From contig NEEC01000034.1 of assembly GCA_002189035.1 (NCBI GenBank), forward strand, positions 1 through 64,000: DNA of 64,000 bases, read 5' to 3'. This document shows, in pieces, positions 1 through 9,700 of this stretch (the stretch's first letter is position 1; each line of letters begins with the position of its first letter). Source of the DNA: Utricularia gibba. Lineage: Eukaryota; Plantae; Magnoliophyta. Below the pieces are notes generated by a model. That model worked only from the letters and a program-made list of their open reading frames with translations. It was not told the origin of the DNA and made no database searches. The translations under genes and the position numbers were made by a program.

Positions 1-344
1 TTTTAACAAATCCGGTGCACGTGTGATTTTTCGGCTGCATCCGAATGGTGATGCGCAATGAAATGACTATGTCGCACATCCTGGTCCACGAAGCACCTCT
101 TCGAAAACATGTAGAGCCTTACTCTTCATAGCACACCATTGGGAAGCTTTATTCGTGCTCCAAGTAATATCATATGGAGTTACGTTTTTCCGATAACTGT
201 GGACATATTAAAAACAACCTCAACGAAAAGTGTCTTCCGTGTCCTTCCTTGGTGGCTGCGTCTAAGAATGTGCTTCTCGTTCTCGACATTGATGCAAATG
301 GGATACACGGCAAAAGAATCAAATAGCCACTAGAGACATGGTGT

Positions 345-385
345 ATGGGAATGGTGCATCAAGAATCAGAAGTATCATAGCAACT
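345..385 (-). pseudogene. Second, partial 5S-like relic (5' about 38 nt only), once per monomer
   Basis: Minus-strand AGTTGCTATGATAC-TTCTGATTCTTG-ATGCACCAT-TCCCAT versus recalled 5S GGATGCGATCATAC-CAGCACTA-ATGCACCGGA-TCCCAT gives three ordered anchors (9/11, 7/7, 6/6) with small gaps. Similarity fades afterwards. Confidence 0.38.
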
Positions 386-449
386 AATTGAATCAATCAA
401 CAGCCAAAACATATGGTGTCAAACTTCATCGGATATGCGATCAAGATGG

Positions 450-455
450 AAAAAA
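450..455 (-). terminator. T6 run directly 3' of the 5S-like segment (Pol III terminator-like), once per monomer
   Basis: AAAAAA on the plus strand is TTTTTT at positions 122-127 from the GGATGC start, where oligo-T terminators follow eukaryotic 5S genes. Function is untested. Confidence 0.45.
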
Positions 456-576
456 GTCACATGTTACATCATGAATTTCGTGGCATCACTTATCCCAACA
501 CTGTTGTATACTCAGGATATGCGTAAATATTTATTTTTAACAAATCCGGTGCACGTGTGATTTTTCGGCTGCATCC
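456..576 (-). pseudogene. Degenerate 5S rRNA-like segment (plant-type), present once per monomer; first complete copy shown (another at 3657-3777)
   Basis: The minus strand reads GGATGCAGCCGAAAAATCACACGTGCACCGGATTTGTTAAAAATAAATATTTACGCATATCCTGAGTATACAACAGTGTTGGGATAAGTGATGCCACGAAATTCATGATGTAACATGTGAC (121 nt). I compared it by hand with angiosperm 5S recalled from memory (GGATGCGATCATACCAGCACTAATGCACCGGAT...AGTTAAGCGTGC...AGTACTAGGATGGGTGAC...GTGTTGCATCCC). Results: 22/33 ungapped identity at the 5' end, 7/12 at box A, 12/18 over IE/box C with all six mismatches transitions, about 65/120 overall. Helices I-III cannot pair, so this is not a functional rRNA. No database search was run. Confidence 0.62.
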
Positions 577-3200
577 CGAATGGTGATGCGCAATGAAATG
601 ACTATGTCGCACATCCTGGTCCACGAAGCACCTCTTCGAAACATGTAGAGCTTACTCTTCATAGCACACCATTGGGAAGCTTTATTCGTGCTCCAAGTAA
701 TATCATATGGAGTTACGTTTTTCCGATAACTGTGGACATATTAAAAACAACCACAACGAAAAGTGTCTTCCGTGTCCTTCCTTGGTGGCTGCGTCTAAAA
801 TGTGCTTCTCGTTCTCGACATTGATGCAAATGGGATACACGGCAAAGAATCAAATAGCCACTAGAGACATGGTGTATGGGAATGGTGCATCAAGAATCAG
901 AAGTATCATAGCAACTAATTTGAATCAATCAACAGCCAAAACATATGGTGTCAAACTTCATCGGATATGCGATCAAGATGGAAAAAAGTCACATGTTACA
1001 TCATGAATTTCGTGGCATCACTTATCCCAACACTGTTGTATACTCAGGATATGCGTAAATATTTTTTTAACAAATCCGGTGCACGTGTGATTTTTCGGCT
1101 GCATCCCGAATGGTGATGCGCAATGAAATGACTATGTCGCACATCCTGGTCCACGAAGCACCTCTTCGAAAACATGTAGAGCCTTACTCTTCATAGCACA
1201 CCATTGGGAAGCTTTATTCGTGCTCCAAGTAATATCATATGGAGTTACGTTTTTCCGATAACTGTGGACATATTAAAAACAAACCACAACGAAAAGTGTC
1301 TTCCGTGTCCTTCCTTGGTGGCTGCGTCTAAGAATGTGCTTCTCGTTCTCGACATTGATGCAAATGGGATACACGGCAAAAGAATCAAATAGCCACTAGA
1401 GACATGGTGTATGGGAATGGTGCATCAAGAATCAGAAGTATCATAGCAACTAATTGAATCAATCAACAGCCAAAACATATGGTGTCAAACTTCATCGGAT
1501 ATGCGATCAAGATGGAAAAAAGTCACATGTTACATCATGAATTTCGTGGCATCACTTATCCCAACACTGTTGTATACTCAGGATATGCGTAAATATTTAT
1601 TTTTAACAAATCCGGTGCACGTGTGATTTTTCGGCTGCATCCCGAATGGTGATGCGCAATGAAATGACTATGTCGCACATCCTGGTCCACGAAGCACCTC
1701 TTCGAAAACATGTAGAGCCTTACTCTTCATAGCACACCATTGGGAAGCTTTATTCGTGCTCCAAGTAATATCATATGGAGTTACGTTTTTCCGATAACTG
1801 TGGACATATTAAAAACAACCTCAACGAAAAGTGTCTTCCGTGTCCTTCCTTGGTGGCTGCGTCTAAGAATGTGCTTCTCGTTCTCGACATTGATGCAAAT
1901 GGGATACACGGCAAAAGAATCAAATAGCACTAGAGACATGGTGTATGGGAATGGTGCATCAAGAATCAGAAGTATCATAGCAACTAATTGAATCAATCAA
2001 CAGCCAAAACATATGGTGTCAAACTTCATCGGATATGCGATCAAGATGGAAAAAAGTCACATGTTACATCATGAATTTCGTGGCATCACTTATCCAACAC
2101 TGTTGTATACTCAGGATATGCGTAAATATTTATTTTTAACAAATCCGGTGCACGTGTGATTTTTCGGCTGCATCCCGAATGGTGATGCGCAATGAAATGA
2201 CTATGTCGCACATCCTGGTCCACGAAGCACCTCTTCGAAACATGTAGAGCCTTACTCTTCATAGCACACCATTGGGAAGCTTTATTCGTGCTCCAAGTAA
2301 TATCATATGGAGTTACGTTTTCCGATAACTGTGGACATATTAAAAACAACCTCAACGAAAAGTGTCTTCCGTGTCCTTCCTTGGTGGCTGCGTCTAAGAA
2401 TGTGCTTCTCGTTCTCGACATTGATGCAAATGGATACACGGCAAAAGAATCAAATAGCCACTAGAGACATGGTGTATGGGAATGGTGCATCAAGAATCAG
2501 AAGTATCATAGCAACTAATTGAATCAATCAACAGCCAAAACATATGGTGTCAAACTTCATCGGATATGCGATCAAGATGGAAAAAAGTCACATGTTACAT
2601 CATGAATTTCGTGGCATCACTTATCCCAACACTGTTGTATACTCAGGATATGCGTAAATATTTATTTTTAACAAATCCGGTGCACGTGTGATTTTTCGGC
2701 TGCATCCCGAATGGTGATGCGCAATGAAATGACTATGTCGCACATCCTGGTCCACGAAGCACCTCTTCGAAAACATGTAGAGCCTTACTCTTCATAGCAC
2801 ACCATTGGGAAGCTTTATTCGTGCTCCAAGTAATATCATATGGAGTTACGTTTTTCCGATAACTGTGGACATATTAAAAACAACCTCAACGAAAAGTGTC
2901 TTCCGTGTCCTTCCTTGGTGGCTGCGTCTAAGAATGTGCTTCTCGTTCTCGACATTGATGCAAATGGGATACACGGCAAAAGAATCAAATAGCCACTAGA
3001 GACATGGTGTATGGGAATGGTGCATCAAGAATCAGAAGTATCATAGCAACTAATTGAATCAATCAACAGCCAAAACATATGGTGTCAAACTTCATCGGAT
3101 ATGCGATCAAGATGGAAAAAAGTCACATGTTACATCATGAATTTCGTGGCATCACTTATCCCAACACTGTTGTATACTCAGGATATGCGTAAATATTTAT

Positions 3201-3735
3201 TTTTAACAAATCCGGTGCACGTGTGATTTTTCGGCTGCATCCCGAATGGTGATGCGCAATGAAATGACTATGTCGCACATCCTGGTCCACGAAGCACCTC
3301 TTCGAAAACATGTAGAGCCTTACTCTTCATAGCACACCATTGGGAAGCTTTATTCGTGCTCCAAGTAATATCATATGGAGTTACGTTTTTCCGATAACTG
3401 TGGACATATTAAAAACAACCTCAACGAAAAGTGTCTTCCGTGTCCTTCCTTGGTGGCTGCGTCTAAGAATGTGCTTCTCGTTCTCGACATTGATGCAAAT
3501 GGGATACACGGCAAAAGAATCAAATAGCCACTAGAGACATGGTGTATGGGAATGGTGCATCAAGAATCAGAAGTATCATAGCAACTAATTGAATCAATCA
3601 ACAGCCAAAACATATGGTGTCAAACTTCATCGGATATGCGATCAAGATGGAAAAAAGTCACATGTTACATCATGAATTTCGTGGCATCACTTATCCCAAC
3701 ACTGTTGTATACTCAGGATATGCGTAAATATTTAT
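3201..3735 (+). repeat. Representative consensus monomer (535 bp, about 41% GC; single HindIII AAGCTT, BstBI TTCGAA and ApaLI GTGCAC sites; two NdeI CATATG sites)
   Basis: TTTTAACAAATCCGG recurs at 3201 and 3736. GC was counted by hand as 219/535 over one period. Restriction sites were read directly from the sequence. Confidence 0.97.
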
Positions 3736-6700
3736 TTTTAACAAATCCGGTGCACGTGTGATTTTTCGGCTGCATCCCGAATGGTGATGCGCAATGAAAT
3801 GACTATGTCGCACATCCTGGTCCACGAAGCACCTCTTCGAAACATGTAGAGCCTTACTCTTCATAGCACACCATTGGGAAGCTTTATTCGTGCTCCAAGT
3901 AATATCATATGGAGTTACGTTTTTCCGATAACTGTGGACATATTAAAAACAACCTCAACGAAAAGTGTCTTCCGTGTCCTTCCTTGGTGGCTGCGTCTAA
4001 GAATGTGCTTCTCGTTCTCGACATTGATGCAAATGGGATACACGGCAAAAGAATCAAATAGCCACTAGAGACATGGTGTATGGGAATGGTGCATCAAGAA
4101 TCAGAAGTATCATAGCAACTAATTGAATCAATCAACAGCCAAAACATATGGTGTCAAACTTCATCGGATATGCGATCAAGATGGAAAAAAGTCACATGTT
4201 ACATCATGAATTTCGTGGCATCACTTATCCCAACACTGTTGTATACTCAGGATATGCGTAAATATTTATTTTTAACAAATCCGGTGCACGTGTGATTTTT
4301 CGGCTGCATCCCGAATGGTGATGCGCAATGAAATGACTATGTCGCACATCCTGGTCCACGAAGCACCTCTTCGAAAACATGTAGAGCCTTACTCTTCATA
4401 GCACACCATTGGGAAGCTTTATTCGTGCTCCAAGTAATATCATATGGAGTTACGTTTTTCCGATAACTGTGGACATATTAAAAACAACCTCAACGAAAAG
4501 TGTCTTCCGTGTCCTTCCTTGGTGGCTGCGTCTAAGAATGTGCTTCTCGTTCTCGACATTGATGCAAATGGGATACACGGCAAAAGAATCAAATAGCCAC
4601 TAGAGACATGGTGTATGGGAATGGTGCATCAAGAATCAGAAGTATCATAGCAACTAATTGAATCAATCAACAGCCAAAACATATGGTGTCAAACTTCATC
4701 GGATATGCGATCAAGATGGAAAAAAGTCACATGTTACATCATGAATTTCGTGGCATCACTTATCCCAACACTGTTGTATACTCAGGATATGCGTAAATAT
4801 TTATTTTTAACAAATCCGGTGCACGTGTGATTTTTCGGCTGCATCCCGAATGGTGATGCGCAATGAAATGACTATGTCGCACATCCTGGTCCACGAAGCA
4901 CCTCTTCGAAAACATGTAGAGCCTTACTCTTCATAGCACACCATTGGGAAGCTTTATTCGTGCTCCAAGTAATATCATATGGAGTTACGTTTTTCCGATA
5001 ACTGTGGACATATTAAAAACAACCTCAACGAAAAGTGTCTTCCGTGTCCTTCCTTGGTGGCTGCGTCTAAGAATGTGCTTCTCGTTCTCGACATTGATGC
5101 AAATGGGATACACGGCAAAAGAATCAAATAGCCACTAGAGACATGGTGTATGGGAATGGTGCATCAAGAATCAGAAGTATCATAGCAACTAATTGAATCA
5201 ATCAACAGCCAAAACATATGGTGTCAAACTTCATCGGATATGCGATCAAGATGGAAAAAAGTCACATGTTACATCATGAATTTCGTGGCATCACTTATCC
5301 CAACACTGTTGTATACTCAGGATATGCGTAAATATTTATTTTTAACAAATCCGGTGCACGTGTGATTTTTCGGCTGCATCCCGAATGGTGATGCGCAATG
5401 AAATGACTATGTCGCACATCCTGGTCCACGAAGCACCTCTTCGAAACATGTAGAGCCTTACTCTTCATAGCACACCATTGGGAAGCTTTATTCGTGCTCC
5501 AAGTAATATCATATGGAGTTACGTTTTTCCGATAACTGTGGACATATTAAAAACAACCTCAACGAAAAGTGTCTTCCGTGTCCTTCCTTGGTGGCTGCGT
5601 CTAAGAATGTGCTTCTCGTTCTCGACATTGATGCAAATGGGATACACGGCAAAAGAATCAAATAGCCACTAGAGACATGGTGTATGGGAATGGTGCATCA
5701 AGAATCAGAAGTATCATAGCAACTAATTGAATCAATCAACAGCCAAAACATATGGTGTCAAACTTCATCGGATATGCGATCAAGATGGAAAAAAGTCACA
5801 TGTTACATCATGAATTTCGTGGCATCACTTATCCCAACACTGTTGTATACTCAGGATATGCGTAAATATTTATTTTTAACAAATCCGGTGCACGTGTGAT
5901 TTTTCGGCTGCATCCCGAATGGTGATGCGCAATGAAATGACTATGTCGCACATCCTGGTCCACGAAGCACCTCTTCGAAAACATGTAGAGCCTTACTCTT
6001 CATAGCACACCATTGGGAAGCTTTATTCGTGCTCCAAGTAATATCATATGGAGTTACGTTTTTCCGATAACTGTGGACATATTAAAAACAACCTCAACGA
6101 AAAGTGTCTTCCGTGTCCTTCCTTGGTGGCTGCGTCTAAGAATGTGCTTCTCGTTCTCGACATTGATGCAAATGGGATACACGGCAAAAGAATCAAATAG
6201 CCACTAGAGACATGGTGTATGGGAATGGTGCATCAAGAATCAGAAGTATCATAGCAACTAATTGAATCAATCAACAGCCAAAACATATGGTGTCAAACTT
6301 CATCGGATATGCGATCAAGATGGAAAAAAGTCACATGTTACATCATGAATTTCGTGGCATCACTTATCCCAACACTGTTGTATACTCAGGATATGCGTAA
6401 ATATTTATTTTTAACAAATCCGGTGCACGTGTGATTTTTCGGCTGCATCCCGAATGGTGATGCGCAATGAAATGACTATGTCGCACATCCTGGTCCACGA
6501 AGCACCTCTTCGAAACATGTAGAGCCTTACTCTTCATAGCACACCATTGGGAAGCTTTATTCGTGCTCCAAGTAATATCATATGGAGTTACGTTTTCCGA
6601 TAACTGTGGACATATTAAAAACAACCTCAACGAAAAGTGTCTTCCGTGTCCTTCCTTGGTGGCTGCGTCTAAGAATGTGCTTCTCGTTCTCGACATTGAT

Positions 6701-9700
6701 GCAAATGGGATACACGGCAAAAGAATCAAATAGCCACTAGAGACATGGTGTATGGGAATGGTGCATCAAGAATCAGAAGTATCATAGCAACTAATTGAAT
6801 CAATCAACAGCCAAAACATATGGTGTCAAACTTCATCGGATATGCGATCAAGATGGAAAAAAGTCACATGTTACATCATGAATTTCGTGGCATCACTTAT
6901 CCCAACACTGTTGTATACTCAGGATATGCGTAAATATTTATTTTTAACAAATCCGGTGCACGTGTGATTTTTCGGCTGCATCCCGAATGGTGATGCGCAA
7001 TGAAATGACTATGTCGCACATCCTGGTCCACGAAGCACCTCTTCGAAAACATGTAGAGCCTTACTCTTCATAGCACACCATTGGGAAGCTTTATTCGTGC
7101 TCCAAGTAATATCATATGGAGTTACGTTTTTCCGATAACTGTGGACATATTAAAAACAACCTCAACGAAAAGTGTCTTCCGTGTCCTTCCTTGGTGGCTG
7201 CGTCTAAGAATGTGCTTCTCGTTCTCGACATTGATGCAAATGGGATACACGGCAAAAGAATCAAATAGCCACTAGAGACATGGTGTATGGGAATGGTGCA
7301 TCAAGAATCAGAAGTATCATAGCAACTAATTGAATCAATCAACAGCCAAAACATATGGTGTCAAACTTCATCGGATATGCGATCAAGATGGAAAAAAGTC
7401 ACATGTTACATCATGAATTTCGTGGCATCACTTATCCCAACACTGTTGTATACTCAGGATATGCGTAAATATTTATTTTTAACAAATCCGGTGCACGTGT
7501 GATTTTTCGGCTGCATCCCGAATGGTGATGCGCAATGAAATGACTATGTCGCACATCCTGGTCCACGAAGCACCTCTTCGAAAACATGTAGAGCCTTACT
7601 CTTCATAGCACACCATTGGGAAGCTTTATTCGTGCTCCAAGTAATATCATATGGAGTTACGTTTTTCCGATAACTGTGGACATATTAAAAACAACCTCAA
7701 CGAAAAGTGTCTTCCGTGTCCTTCCTTGGTGGCTGCGTCTAAGAATGTGCTTCTCGTTCTCGACATTGATGCAAATGGGATACACGGCAAAAGAATCAAA
7801 TAGCCACTAGAGACATGGTGTATGGGAATGGTGCATCAAGAATCAGAAGTATCATAGCAACTAATTGAATCAATCAACAGCCAAAACATATGGTGTCAAA
7901 CTTCATCGGATATGCGATCAAGATGGAAAAAAGTCACATGTTACATCATGAATTTCGTGGCATCACTTATCCCAACACTGTTGTATACTCAGGATATGCG
8001 TAAATATTTATTTTTAACAAATCCGGTGCACGTGTGATTTTTCGGCTGCATCCCGAATGGTGATGCGCAATGAAATGACTATGTCGCACATCCTGGTCCA
8101 CGAAGCACCTCTTCGAAAACATGTAGAGCCTTACTCTTCATAGCACACCATTGGGAAGCTTTATTCGTGCTCCAAGTAATATCATATGGAGTTACGTTTT
8201 TCCGATAACTGTGGACATATTAAAAACAACCTCAACGAAAAGTGTCTTCCGTGTCCTTCCTTGGTGGCTGCGTCTAAGAATGTGCTTCTCGTTCTCGACA
8301 TTGATGCAAATGGGATACACGGCAAAAGAATCAAATAGCCACTAGAGACATGGTGTATGGGAATGGTGCATCAAGAATCAGAAGTATCATAGCAACTAAT
8401 TGAATCAATCAACAGCCAAAACATATGGTGTCAAACTTCATCGGATATGCGATCAAGATGGAAAAAAGTCACATGTTACATCATGAATTTCGTGGCATCA
8501 CTTATCCCAACACTGTTGTATACTCAGGATATGCGTAAATATTTATTTTTAACAAATCCGGTGCACGTGTGATTTTTCGGCTGCATCCCGAATGGTGATG
8601 CGCAATGAAATGACTATGTCGCACATCCTGGTCCACGAAGCACCTCTTCGAAAACATGTAGAGCCTTACTCTTCATAGCACACCATTGGGAAGCTTTATT
8701 CGTGCTCCAAGTAATATCATATGGAGTTACGTTTTTCCGATAACTGTGGACATATTAAAAACAACCTCAACGAAAAGTGTCTTCCGTGTCCTTCCTTGGT
8801 GGCTGCGTCTAAGAATGTGCTTCTCGTTCTCGACATTGATGCAAATGGGATACACGGCAAAAGAATCAAATAGCCACTAGAGACATGGTGTATGGGAATG
8901 GTGCATCAAGAATCAGAAGTATCATAGCAACTAATTGAATCAATCAACAGCCAAAACATATGGTGTCAAACTTCATCGGATATGCGATCAAGATGGAAAA
9001 AAGTCACATGTTACATCATGAATTTCGTGGCATCACTTATCCCAACACTGTTGTATACTCAGGATATGCGTAAATATTTATTTTTAACAAATCCGGTGCA
9101 CGTGTGATTTTTCGGCTGCATCCCGAATGGTGATGCGCAATGAAATGACTATGTCGCACATCCTGGTCCACGAAGCACCTCTTCGAAAACATGTAGAGCC
9201 TTACTCTTCATAGCACACCATTGGGAAGCTTTATTCGTGCTCCAAGTAATATCATATGGAGTTACGTTTTTCCGATAACTGTGGACATATTAAAAACAAC
9301 CTCAACGAAAAGTGTCTTCCGTGTCCTTCCTTGGTGGCTGCGTCTAAGAATGTGCTTCTCGTTCTCGACATTGATGCAAATGGGATACACGGCAAAAGAA
9401 TCAAATAGCCACTAGAGACATGGTGTATGGGAATGGTGCATCAAGAATCAGAAGTATCATAGCAACTAATTGAATCAATCAACAGCCAAAACATATGGTG
9501 TCAAACTTCATCGGATATGCGATCAAGATGGAAAAAAGTCACATGTTACATCATGAATTTCGTGGCATCACTTATCCCAACACTGTTGTATACTCAGGAT
9601 ATGCGTAAATATTTATTTTTAACAAATCCGGTGCACGTGTGATTTTTCGGCTGCATCCCGAATGGTGATGCGCAATGAAATGACTATGTCGCACATCCTG

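Noticed and set aside
250-314. ParA-like peptide LVAASKNVLLVLDIDANG in one plus-strand frame
   Set aside because: There is no upstream Walker A motif and the frame stops within a few codons, so this is chance resemblance.
139-333. 64-aa ORF MGSFIRAPSN...ESNSH repeated about 90 times
   Set aside because: It starts at TTG with no ribosome-binding site or ATG context and has no recognisable domain. It is a shadow ORF that recurs only because the DNA repeats.
339-345. TGGTGTA resembling the kinetoplast minicircle UMS (GGGGTTGGTGTA)
   Set aside because: Only 7 of 12 nt match, with no CSB-1/CSB-2 blocks.
404-426. LTR-end/PBS-like CA-TA-TGGTGTCAAAC suggesting a Cassandra/TRIM tandem array
   Set aside because: It is only 8/12 to the tRNA-Met PBS TGGTATCAGAGC and lies on the strand opposite the 5S-like segment. 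There is no clear PPT or TG...CA LTR, and the best 5S similarity is at the 5' end, whereas Cassandra keeps the internal/3' part.
501-515. SOS-box-like CTGTTGTATACTCAG
   Set aside because: It is CTG-N9-CAG, not the CTG-N10-CAG of E. coli LexA, and there is no gene context.
1-535. Viroid-like or retrozyme circle with a hammerhead ribozyme
   Set aside because: I found no CTGATGA...GAAA hammerhead core on either strand, and the fold-back covers only about half of the unit.
456-576. Functional 5S rDNA array
   Set aside because: Identity to 5S is only about half, and the helix I, II and III pairings are broken without compensatory changes.
6364-6729. 121-aa minus-strand ORF (also at 9572 and 17056) and related 60-117 aa variants
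   Set aside because: It opens only in copies with two homopolymer deletions or other lesions, is absent from the consensus, and has no recognisable homology.
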